A stretch of DNA of 64,000 nucleotides from Squalus acanthias (Eukaryota): NCBI GenBank assembly GCA_030390025.1, contig CM059432.1, positions 126,978,001-127,042,000 on the forward strand. Reading direction: 5' to 3'. Positions 11,769 to 22,978 of this stretch are shown here, piece after piece (position 1 is the first letter of the stretch; each line of letters starts with the position of its first letter). The position numbers and the translations under genes are program-made. The notes below the pieces were generated by a model, which ran no database searches, was not told the DNA's origin, and saw only the letters and a program-made list of their open reading frames with translations.

Positions 11769-12217
11769 AGAAACATAGAAACATAGAAACTAGGAGCAGG
11801 AGTAGGCCATTCGGCCCGTCGAGCCTGCTCCGCCATTCAATACGATCATGGCTGATCATCCAAATCCAATACCCTGTCCCTGCTTTCCCCCACAGAATCC
11901 CCATCGAGCCTGCACCGACACATATCCCACCCTATCCCCGTAACCCCACGTATTTAATTCCCCCTAACATATCCCATCCTATCCCCGTAACCCCACATAT
12001 TTAATCCCCCCCTAACACTAAGGGTCAATTTATCATAGCCAAATCAACCTAACCCGCACATTTTTGGACTGTGGGAGGAAACCGGAGCACCCGGAGGAAA
12101 CCCACGCAGACACGGGGAGAATGTGCAAACTCCACACAGACAGTCACCCGAGGCCGGATTCGAACCTGGGTTCCTGGCGCTGTGAGGCAACAGTGCTAAC
12201 CACTATGCCACCGTGCC
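11769..12217 (-). mobile_element. HE1-type V-SINE with CR1-derived tail
   Basis: tRNA-like head GGCACGGTGGCATAGTGGTTAGCAC..GGTTCGAATCC, V-domain GTTTCCTCCGGGTGCTCCGGTTTCCTCCCACAGTCC and a (TTTCTATG)n tail, flanked by a GCAGTT direct repeat. Confidence 0.85.
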
Positions 12218-12406
12218 GCAGTTTTAGAAGTAAGTATCTTGTACAAGTGTGTGATTTATTTCAGGGGATGGGGTGGGTCTAGGGACAAGCTCCCTCAGAA
12301 GGTAATGACTTTTGGCACTTTATATGTGCGTTTACCAATATTTTAGAGTAGTTCATTTACAGATACTTAAATAATTTCTGATGTGTATACTACTTTATAC
12401 AAAAGA

Positions 12407-12883
12407 ATAAAAGAAAGACTTGCATTTATATAGTGCCTTTCACAACTTCATGACATCCCAAAGAGCTTTACAGCCAATGAAGTACTTTTGAAGTGTTGTC
12501 ACTGTTGTAATGTGGGAAACGCGGCAGCCAATTTGCGCACAGCAAGCTCCCACAAACAGCAATGTGATAATGACCAGATAATCTGGGTTTTTTTGTGATG
12601 TTGATTGAGGGATAAATATTGGCCAGGGACACCAGGGATAAATCCCCTGCTCTTCTTCGAAATAGTGCCATGGGATCTTTTACGTCCACCTGAGAGAGCA
12701 GACGGGGCCTCGGTTTAACGTCTCCTCCGAAAGACGGCACCTCCGACAGTGCAGCACTCCCTCAGCACTGCACTGGAGTGTCAGCCTAGATTTTATTTAT
12801 GTGCTCAAGTCTCTGGAGTGGGACTTGAACCCACAACCTTCTGACTCAGAGACAAAAGTGCTACTAACTGAGCCACGGCTGAT
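12407..12883 (-). mobile_element. Full-length Deu-domain SINE (SacSINE1-like)
   Basis: Same family as 6506-6911, with complete head, core and tail. Confidence 0.85.
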
Positions 12884-12976
12884 ACAAGGCAATACTTCCC
12901 ACTAAGCTGGCCTGAAAACCACGGCGCTAAACAAAATAACATGCTCTTGTTTTTTGTTGAACCATCTTACTTTTAT

Positions 12977-13146
12977 GAGCTTAGAAATTACTGTTGCTGA
13001 TGTTAGTACGATATTCCTCTGATCACTATTTTAATGGCGGTGTTAACCCATTTATTTAACTGCCCCATTAAAATAGCAGACAAAGGAATAGCAAACAAAC
13101 ATCTTCAGCATTCGTCGACTAATATTGCCAACAGAAATTCCTAGAC
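12977..13146. mobile_element. Old palindromic MITE-like element
   Basis: Nested inverted arms TAGAAATT/AATTCCTAG, CTGTTG/CAACAG, TGTTAGT/ACTAATA and CTATTTTAATGG/CCATTAAAATAG. Confidence 0.45.
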
Positions 13147-13509
13147 ATTGGTCTCAAATTGTATCACTGTTAATAAAATAGTGTGCTCTGAAAATTGCTC
13201 TTCATTACCTAACTACCACAGAGCCTTGCAATCTTCATCAGAAGATGGCTGCCCTATCATCTTGGCCTTGTGCGATTTGCTGTCTTGGAGCCAGGACCAA
13301 AAATGGGTACACTCGGCACGTTCTTAATTACATGCTGTCAAAAGGTGGGCATAACCTTGACTCCAAAAAATAAGAAGTGGGTATACACAGCGCAGCCTGC
13401 ATTATATCTCTACGTGGTGTTCCTGCAGGATGGTGGATGGCCTGGCTTCTCTTGGATTGACAAATCCAGAATCTATGGATAAGCACAAAATAAGACAAAA
13501 CATTGACCA

Positions 13510-13933
13510 TGGAACCATCCAGACAAAGCAGCCCGCTTGATCGGCACTCCCTCCACCACCGGCGCACCGTGGCTGCAGTGTGTACCATCTACAAGATGCA
13601 CTGCAGCAACTTCTTCGGCAGCACCTCCCAAACCCGCGATCTCTATCACCTCTAAGGACAAGGGCAGCAGGCGCATTGGAACACCACCACCTGCAAGTTC
13701 CCCTCCAAGTCACACACCATCCTGACTTGGAAATACATCACCGTTCCTTCATCGTCGCTGGGTCAAAATCCTGGAACTCTCTCCCTAACAGCACTGTGGG
13801 AGTACCTTCATCACACGGACTGCAGCAGCTCAAGACGACGGCTCATCATCACCTTCTCAAGGGCAATTAGGGATGGGCAATAAATGTTGGCCTGACCAGT
13901 GATGTCCACATCCCGTGAATGAATTAAAAAAAA
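13510..13933 (+). mobile_element. 3' fragment of a CR1/L2-group LINE (same family as 53640-55297)
   Basis: Near-identical to 54850-55297; ends in GGGCAATTAGGGATGGGCAATAAATG..CACATCCC and an A-rich tail. Confidence 0.75.
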
Positions 13934-15182
13934 ATGAAGGTGTATGTTGGTGAACTGAGTTAAGGAATCTGGATTGTTGCAAAACCCTGTTGGCTTGATA
14001 TTCTGTTTTGGTGTCTGCAGTGGTCTCTATGGTGCTGGAATGAGATGGTTTTGCAGTTCCTTGTGAATCATCTTCTCAAGATTTAATCTTGAGATGTAAG
14101 ACATGAATTCTGTTTCTCTCTCCATGGATGTTGCCTGACCTGCTGAATATTTGCAGCATTTTCTGTCTTCTCAGAGGCCTTCCTTTATCATCCGAGGCCT
14201 TGCAAGCATACAGCAGCACTCCCTGCACACTTAAAAAACTTTTAACATCTATTGCACCAAGCCACTACTTCAATAAAATAAAAAAAAGTCCAAAAGCTTA
14301 AATGCAAACTTACCTGAAAGCTGTGTGTGTCCCTTTAAGAGGTGCTGACAGCGCCTCTGTCAGTCTTCTGCACGTTAGGTTTACATGGCGAGCTTCGGAC
14401 CCAGTGCTGAACTCAGCGCTAAGGTCCAAGTTTGCGGTGGTGACATTAAGTCGGCGTTGCACACCAACTGACGTCGCCTCTCCCTCATTTTAATTTGCCG
14501 GGCGATGGATCTTACCGGCGGCGTTGCCAGGCCTGGGAATATGGAGGACGTCGTGGGAGCCGCCTGTAGCTGGCGAAAGAGCGGTGGCCGCCCTCTTACC
14601 ACAACTGTTTGCCGGTAACGGATGGCGTTAAGCCCCCGAATCTTTCGGCCTATGTGTTATTGTTAGCAGTCATGTGCCTATTAGCGCCTGATGGGTGATT
14701 CAGGAGTGTTGTTGCAGGTGCATTCAAATAGGATGCTTAGTTTGCAAATTCACAAGATAATTATGGATGAGGAGGGCCATTCGGCGAGATCCTAACGTTC
14801 ACCCTTCCCCATTGTAGCATCCAATTGTTTCTTAAACAATTCCAGGGATTTTTGCCTGCATTACTCTATCTGGAGACATCCTATCTTTATTCCACGTGTC
14901 ACTCACGCTTTGAGAGAAGAGAATTTCCTGATAACAGTCCTAAAAGCACCTTTCTCTAGTTTGCATCTGTGTCACATAGTTCTACTCCTGCTTTTTAATT
15001 TAAAGTAATATTCTAGGTTAATGTTCTCTATTACCCTTAACAATCTTTTTTACCTCTATAAGATCACCTCGCTGATGCCTCCTTTCCATTTAATGCACAG
15101 TCGGGGTAGTAAGAGGAAATTAAATCTCCTAATTTTCTGGAACTGGTTTGATTTTTTTTGTGGTGAGCAATGATGTCTCCTA

Positions 15183-15201
15183 CCAGCGCCCTCTCGTGGA
15201 A
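15183..15201 (-). promoter_or_regulatory. CTCF-like motif
   Basis: Minus strand CCACGAGAGGGCGCTGG fits the CTCF core CCASNAGRKGGCRS. Confidence 0.4.
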
Positions 15202-15257
15202 AGACAGACTTATAAGCTGCAGTTATACAACAGCAGAGCTGGGTTCATTTAAAAGCA

Positions 15258-15384
15258 TGATGCGGAGATGTTGGACTGGGGTGGACAAAAATGAGAAGTC
15301 GCACAACACCAGGTTATAGTCCAACAATTTTATTTGAAATTTCAAATAAAACTGTTGAACTATAACCTGGTGTTGTACGACTTC
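15258..15384. mobile_element. Short Penelope pLTR fold-back insertion, 13-bp TSD
   Basis: The pLTR end is followed by its own inverted copy, centred on TTTGAAATTTCAAA. TCATTTAAAAGCA lies at 15245-15257 and 15385-15397. Confidence 0.85.
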
Positions 15385-16677
15385 TCATTTAAAAGCAGTT
15401 AGCTTTGGTGCTGTAAATGGGCAACAGCAGCAGACTTATCAGTTAATTTAATATACATGACTCACACAGATGGACAGGCACCTCTATCATAGCCTTTGTC
15501 TTATAGGGTACATTCTGGAGCTATCTATTCACGCCTGATCTTATCCAGCAGCATGAGACCCGGTTAATTCGAGCCACCTGAATGGAGGGGCCATAGATTT
15601 CCAGATCATCCCCTCGCAACAGTGCAACCTTCAACTGACTGTGAGCAACACCGCTTCTAGTACTTAAAAAAAAACATCGTTTTTCAAAGGCTTTTCGTTA
15701 TTGCTAGTACCGAGACGTTTTCATACTCCGTTTCTTTCTTTTAACCTTCAGTGCTCAGCGTGGGATGTTCAATCTGCGGAATGAAACACTTTTCATTCTA
15801 GACTCCCCAGTGTCAGCATCAAGAGTTCCCAGGTTAGCTTGGATGCTGAGTAAAGCTTCCTTTGCTGTGCCCTGACAGTGTGCCTCAGTCCCAACCTCAC
15901 AAGCACAGACTGCACCAATGTAACATATTTTGATTGCCCTCACCAGCCATACTGTGGCCTGTCGAGTGGGATTGCCATTTCAGTGCCAATTTTGTGCTGT
16001 GCGCTTACACCACTGGGGACCCTAACAGACAGCAAAGAAAACATTTTAATCCCATCAGTGTTTCAGCTCGGCATTAACCCAGATCCCAGAGGTGAAGTGC
16101 TGGTGTTTAACCCACAGTGCAATACAGGTGCCCCCCTTTGATACAAAACAACTAAAATGTTTCATTAGTTTAGTTTCAAACTTGAACTTAAGACATTCAA
16201 ACTGAAAGGTCTCCACCGGAAACATTAACTCATCTTTTCTCTTTTCAGAAGCTGATGGGCCTGCTATATATTTCCATCATTTTCTGGGGTTTTTTAAATT
16301 TCATCTGTGTGAAATGTTGGAGCAAGAATTACATGATTCTGTAAAACACATTATAGAAGAACTGATGCTGGTCAATCAAACACAATTAGGTCTCAACGTC
16401 TTTGATAAAAGCAGGAATTTGGGGATTAAAGGACTACAGTTGTCCTTAATTAGTTAAGTAATGTATTTGGCTAAGAACCAAAGCACTTCAGCATTCCATT
16501 ACCTTTCAGTCATGTGAAGATAATAACATTACCTCAGAACTCTGGATAAATGCAGGATCCAAAATAACCGGATTTAAATGGTGATTTAACTCTGCAAATT
16601 AGTTACTTTTCAAACTGCAGTTTGTATGTTTGAATGCCTGACTTGTTATTACAATCTGCAACATCTGATTGAGTCTG

Positions 16678-17065
16678 CTTAAAGGGGTTCTGTCACCTTC
16701 TAAAGGGGCCTGGTCACCTGTTAAAGGGGTTCTGTCACCTTCTAAAGGGGCCCTGTCACCTGATAAAGGGGCTCTGTCACCCTGTCACCTGATAAAGGGG
16801 CCCTGTCACCTGATAAAGGGGCTCTGTCACCTGATAAAGGGGCCGTCACCTGATAAAGGGGCCCTGTCACCTGATAAAGGGGTTCTGTCACCTTCTAAAG
16901 GGGCCCTGCCACCTGATAAAGGGGTTCTGTCACCTTCTAAAGGGGCCCGTCACCTTTTAAAGGGGTTCTGTCACCTGATAAAGGGGCCGTCACCTTCTAA
17001 AGGGGTTCTGTCACCTTCTAAAGGGGCCCTGTCACCTGATAAAGGGGTTCTGTCACCTGATAAAG
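16678..17065. repeat. About 21-bp minisatellite (GATAAAGGGGCCCTGTCACCT and variants), about 19 units
   Basis: Directly visible tandem array. Confidence 0.95.
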
Positions 17066-18041
17066 TGTCTTGTGAAATGTTTTACCAATGTTGTAGGCAG
17101 CAGATATTCAATTACCTGGATGGCAATACAGGGAGATCGTTGCATTCTGATTGCTTCTGCCCACAGCTATTTAAAGACCTTAAGTTGAAACTAAGAAGTG
17201 AACACCTGTGTTTTTGTGTATTAATGATACTATGGTCTTGCGAATTTTCAATCCAGAGATTTGACTATGCTTTCTTACTGTGCATTTATGTAACCATCCT
17301 GGGCCTGCACACAAGTTTTATTTTGCTCCTATTTTACCTGCTGAATGAATCCGACCATGTCCCCTTCGATGACCTCCCACTGGCTGTGCTGTCTCACTGA
17401 GGTGCCTGCTGGAACTGGGGACTTTGCAACCTGGTGCCGCCCATCAATAGGCCCCTGTAGTGCCCAGTCTCTGCCTGTTATGTTTCCTGGCATTACCATG
17501 AACTCCTAAAGCTGGCTAGTAATTTAAACTGTTTTAGCCACACGTAACTTTTGAAATGTTGGTGCTTTGCCTCTTGCGCTAAAATCGTGGCAGCACATCA
17601 GGCAAACAGAACAGGCAGCATCAAGCCATTTAAAGAGACACCGCTGACCAAAACAACATGCAAAGGAACAAAAATAAGCACTAAAAAAGGTATCAACAAA
17701 TAAAAAGAGGCAATAAAAAGAGTAATTGTTTTAATTTATTTGTTCATGGGATGTGGGTGTCGCTGGCAAGGCCAGCATTTATTGCCCATCCCTAATTGCC
17801 CTTGAAAAGGTGGTGGTGAGCCGCCTTCTTGAACTGTTGCAGTCCATGTGGTGAAGGTACTCCCACAGTGCTGACTTTGTCGTAGCGTTTTGGTACAACT
17901 GAGTGGCTTGTTCGGCCATTTCAGAGGCAGTTAAGAGTCAACCACATTGCTGTGGGTCTGGAGTCACATATAGGCCAGACCGGGTAAGGACGGCAGATTT
18001 CCCTCCGTAAAGGACATTCATGAACCAGATGGGTTTTTATG

Positions 18042-18477
18042 ACATAGAAACATAGAAACATAGAATCTAGGAGCAGGAGTAGGCCATTCGGCCCGTCGAG
18101 CCTGCTCCACCATTCAATACGATCATGGCTGATCATCCAAATCCAGTACCCTGTCCCTGCTTCAATCCCCACAGTACACATATCCCACCCTACCCCCGTA
18201 ACCCCACGTATTTAATTCCCCCTAACATATCCCATCCTATCCCCACAACCCCACATATTTAATCCCCCCCTAACACTAAGGGTCAATTTATCATAGCCAA
18301 ATCAACCTAACCCGCACATTTTTGGACTGTGGGAGGAAACCGGAGCACCCGGAGGAAACCCACGCAGACACGGGGAGAATGTGCAAACTCCACACAGACA
18401 GTCACCCGAGGTCAGATTCGAACCCGGGTCTCTGGCGCTGTGAGGCACCAGTGCTAACCACTATGCCACCGTGCTGC
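18042..18477 (-). mobile_element. HE1-type V-SINE
   Basis: Near-identical to 11769-12217. Confidence 0.85.
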
Positions 18478-19427
18478 CCCCAAATCTGGTAGTTTCATGG
18501 TCACCATTACTGATACAGGAAGAGGACAAGGGTTGATTTTTTTTTAGCTCACCATAAACATTCCCAACTGTTCTGAACGCACCCCCCCAAAAAAAATTAA
18601 AAATATATTTTTTTAAAGTACCAGAAAAATTAATTTTAAAAACTTAGACAAAATACACAAAATAATTTAAAAATCAGCACTGAAAAGGTACTAGGAAAAT
18701 TAATATTTTAAAAACATTGCAAAAAAATCATCTGCCCTTTAAGAGCTCCAACACATGAGGGTGGTTCCCTTACACCCACTCCAGATGTGGGGAACAGAGC
18801 ACACAACACAATCTGACTCTAAGTGCACAGGACATCATACTGTTGCTTCATTAAATACATCGGAACATTAAAATGAAGCTTTTCCACATTTTGTGTGAGA
18901 GAGCATGGCAGGCCTGGCTGAAAGATCAGACATGCCACACAATGGGGTACAGATCTGGCAAGAATCATTTCCCCCCCCCACCTCAACTCCACCAACCCCC
19001 CCCCCCCCCCCCCCCCGTCCTCCCCTCAAATCACCTGTTCCCATTCAATACCGCTGGCCATGGTAACCAGAAAATCTCTCCCACGTCTGTCTTTAATTCT
19101 CGCTTTTAAAAGAAAAATTTGCATTTATACAGCACCTTCTCACGTCTTTTTAGAAACAGCCCAGACTGCTTCACATACAATGAATTGCTTTGAAGTGCTG
19201 CCTGTGTTGGTATGTAAGCAGAAATGCCAACCATTCTGCACACAGGAAGAGCAGTGACTCAAGGGCTCCTGATCTTTGGCTCTGCATTTGATGCAGCTCT
19301 GGAGCAGAGGCAGTGCCAAAGCAGAACGTGAAAGTAAGAGAACGGAAATCAACCTGCATTGCAGATACTGTATGTACCTGCCCGTGGAGGGCTCAAAAAT
19401 AGTAGAGGCTGGGAAACTGATCCAACA

Positions 19428-20772
19428 TATTCAACCATAACCTCTGCCCCATCCTTTATTTTTTCCATTCATTTTTTTTTCTATCTCTCCCACATGGCAG
19501 CTGTCTTTCATTCTGCCAGTGCCATTTACACTTCATCTAGAGCCATCTTTTGTTTCTTAACTTGTCCCATTACCATCTCCTTTTGCCTTGCACCATCTCT
19601 TAATCTCTCTTAATGGGGGAAAAATTCAGTTGGTTGCGCCTCCCGTTAGCACCTTAAGATGGCGCTAATGGGGCGCAAAGCAACTAGCGCCCGGGCGCGG
19701 CGATGTTTGCGCCGCTCGCAAAATTAACTAGACATTTTGCGGCGGTGCTAAACAGTACCGCCACGATCTCCTGCGCCGGCAGATCGTGACGTCAGTCGAG
19801 TGCGCAACGCCCCGGTAGTGCCCCGGTGCGGATATTGAGTGGCGCCCCCTGCCTTACCGCCTGCCGCTAGCAACGACAGGTTGAGGGGAGCGTTTTGCAG
19901 TCAGGAAGGGACTGGGGGAGCGCTATTTAAAGGCGACCGCTTCCTGCCTTTTTTTGTTGGCGACATTTTTGAACCACGCATTCTGAGAGAGAGAGAGAGA
20001 CTTCTGGAGAGATTCAACGCTGTGTGAAGGAGTTTTGGGTACTGAGCAGCACTTTGCAGGTTCATTTTGATTTGCCCTTCCTTGTATCGATTTAGAAGAG
20101 ACTGTGGGGGCTGCACTCTGAGCTCTTTCCCTGGGCCTCTCCATTGTTCTTTCCAGCAGATTTCATGTACAGGTCTCTCCAGGCCGAGATTCAAGGCTGC
20201 AATGAGCAGGATGTGGATGGAAAGCAAGATCAACCCTCGCCTTTAAGAACTGGCCGGGGCCATTGTGTCTGTGTTGCATTGCTGACTGACATCACATGAG
20301 CTTCGTCAGCACTCTGAGTTAGCGACCTCGCTCCTCGGCCTTTGCGCCTTAAGACAGATGTGTAGCACCTGATTTAGCGCTCCAATCATCTCCAGGGGCG
20401 ATAAAAGTCAAGTTTGCAGTCGGAGGCGATAATTAGCGCCAGGCGCTAATCTTTGCGCCCGGCCGATAATTGTGCCCCAAACGGGGCGATACTGAATTTT
20501 TCCCCCAATGTCTCTTAATCTATCTCTCCTGCCTTCCATCCTATCACAGACCTTCCCTTTTGTTCTTTCCTCCCCTCTCCCTTTTCCCTGCCCCTACACT
20601 TGCTTAAAAACCTGTTCCATCTCCAGCTTTTTCCAGTTCTGACAAAGGGTCATCGACCTGAAACATTAACTCTGTTTCTCTCTCCACAGATGCTGCCTGA
20701 CCTGCTGAGTATTTCCAGCATTTTCTGTTTTTATTTCAGATTTCCAGCATCTGCAGTATTTTGCTTTTGTAT
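19428..20772 (+). mobile_element. Penelope-like family B 3' region/pLTR, split by a MITE
   Basis: 19428-19611 and 20510-20580 match 63760-64000, which follows a GIY-YIG ORF. It ends with CTGACAAAGGGTC..GACCTGAAACATTAAC..GATGCTGCCTGACCTGCTGAG. Confidence 0.65.
19615..20506. mobile_element. Harbinger-derived non-autonomous element (MITE), copy 1, TSD AAT
   Basis: TIRs GGGGGAAAAAATTCAGT / ACTGAATTTTTCCCCC, with AAT at 19612-19614 and 20507-20509. Highly similar to 50752-51637. Confidence 0.9.
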
Positions 20773-21848
20773 TTATCTTTGTGTTTTTGTCAGTCAAATG
20801 CCTCCATTTTTTCTATCCTTTCTCCTGCCTCCCAATTTTTAATGAAAAATAAACACAAAGTAACAGAAAATATCATATCAAATAAAAAGGGACAATAACA
20901 AGGCAGAACACACAAGCACTAACATAAAAACAATACAAACACGTCATTTTGTATACATTGGTATCTGCTACCTTCTTTCACTCTATGTAAAGATATAACA
21001 TGGGCTTTTGAACAATATCACACGTTGTGAACTGGGGTTCTTTTTTTTGGTTCAACATAAATATTCCTCAATGCTCTGACCCCCCACCCCCCAACCCCCC
21101 CCCACCCCCCCACCCCCCCCCCCCCCCCCCCCGCAAAAAAAAAGTCTCTTTTTTTTTAAGTAACAGAAAATTAATTTTAAAAAATTCTGAAAAAATACAC
21201 AAAAGAGCAAATGTCAGCACTAAAAAGGTACTGGGAAAATGAAAATGTTAAAACAATTTTGAAAGTTAATTTCCTCTTTAAGAGCTCCAACACATGTGGA
21301 GGGTCCCTTACACCCGCTCCAGATGTGGAGACAGGGCACAAGCTGATTCTAAATGGGTTACAGTGAGGGAAAAAAAAGGTGTTTCACTGCAGAAGATGGG
21401 TACAAGGAAAAGTCACCATCAATCAGCTTATACATAGAAGTACAACGCGGAAACAGTCCATTCGGCCATGAGTGCATGTTGCTATTTACCCTCCATATTG
21501 TGCAAGTACTTCCAATCGCATTTGCCCACCCTGTTCCCATATCTCTTTATCCACCTATCCGACCTAATCCAACTGGCGGCAAAAGGCCGGGTTCGGGTCA
21601 GACATCTGTTTTACACCCTGCCCGATTTTACCTGGCGGGTGACGTTAAAACTACCCTCGTGGTTTCTGTCTCAAACACTAATTCTACAGCCTCAACTCTC
21701 TGTGTTAAACAGTTTCTCCTGTTCTCTGTTCAACACCTCTTACATTTAATCGTGTATCAATGGCCCCTCATCCCTAGACCCCTCAACTACTGGGAACAGT
21801 CTGCTTCCATCTACCCTCTTCTATCCTTTCATAATCTTAAATACTTTG

Positions 21849-22523
21849 GAGTAGAGCATCCGCTTTGGGCGCAGTTGGGAAATTGCGCCCAAGCTGTGCT
21901 GGCGAGGTTAGGCTTCAAGTTTCCACCAAAACGAATTTGCATAATCACGAACGTAAAATCTTCCATGAACCAGCGCAATCGGGCAGTGTAATAGAACGTA
22001 ATCGTTTCTTCTTTTCTTTCCACTAAAAAGTATTCCTGGATGTATTGAAGAATGGTAACCTGGTGCAGTTTTATTAATACAGCTGAGAATGGGTTTATCA
22101 CCGAAAATGAGCAATTTTAGCAGGTTACCTGTGAGTAAGCTGATTTAAAATCACAGAAAATGACTTTAAAAAAATGATACTGAATCATTTAATAGTTTCA
22201 TTAGTAAATTAATGGTTCTTTTGGTATGACAAAACTTTTAAAACTTGCCTACTAGTGCCTGTGCGCCGAAGAAAATGAGCGCGATTTGAAGAGCTTTCCT
22301 GAACCAGAGCAAACATCGGAATCTCGCAATTTCAAGCTAGGGGCGCGGCCAGTTTTGTGAGCGGGGTCTGAATCGGGCGAATTGAATCTTGAACCAGTGT
22401 AAAAGATCGTGGAAAACATGAACGTAAGTGGTTTTGGGTGTAACTCACTTATGTTTAAAATTTCCTGATCTTTTGCTCTGGTTCAGCTGGATTGTTCTGA
22501 TATAACTAGCGGAAACTCAACCC
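21849..22523. mobile_element. Non-autonomous DNA transposon with imperfect TIRs, inside an old CR1 fragment
   Basis: GAGTAGAGCATCCGCT versus the reverse complement of AGCGGAAACTCAACCC (12/16 identity). The flanks resemble a decayed minus-strand CR1 3' region. Confidence 0.5.
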
Positions 22524-22767
22524 AATTTTTCACATCTTTCTTCGTCTTTGTATTTCCTCATACCAGGCAGCATCCCAGTGAATCTGTGTTGTACCCTGTC
22601 TAAAGCCTCAATATCCTTCCAATACTGTGGAGCTTAATACTGCACACAATACTCGAACTGAGGTTTTACATAGGCTTATCATTACCTCTTGCCTTTTACA
22701 TTCTATACCCCTCAAGAAAAAAACCTTGAATTCCATTAGCTTTTTTTAACAGCCTAATTAAGCTATA

Positions 22768-22978
22768 TCAGTCATGGCTCAGGCATTACCACTCTTGCCT
22801 CTGAGTCAGAAGATTGTGGGTTCATAGTCCAACTCCAGAGACTTGAGCACAAAATCCATGCTGATACTCCAGTGAGGGAGTGCTGCACTGTCGGAGGTGC
22901 CGTCTTTCGGATGAGATGTTAAACCGAGGCCCCATCTGCCCTCTCGGGTGGACATAAAAGATCGCATGGCACTATTTG
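22768..22978 (+). mobile_element. Deu-domain SINE, 5' half (3' half at 26871-27112)
   Basis: Head and core up to ATGGCACTATTT; the SINE resumes after the CR1 with AAGAGCAGGGGAGTTCTCCC..GTCTTTCTTT. Confidence 0.8.

Noticed and set aside
12140..12217. tRNA gene (also about 6840-6910, 12810-12883, 18400-18477, 22768-22840)
   Set aside because: These are A/B-box heads of SINEs, continuing into SINE bodies without a complete cloverleaf.
16669..17400. 243-aa repetitive ORF
   Set aside because: It is a product of the 21-bp minisatellite; it has no ATG start and no domain.
21353..21991. 212-aa ORF
   Set aside because: It crosses several unrelated repeat fragments and has no recognisable domain.
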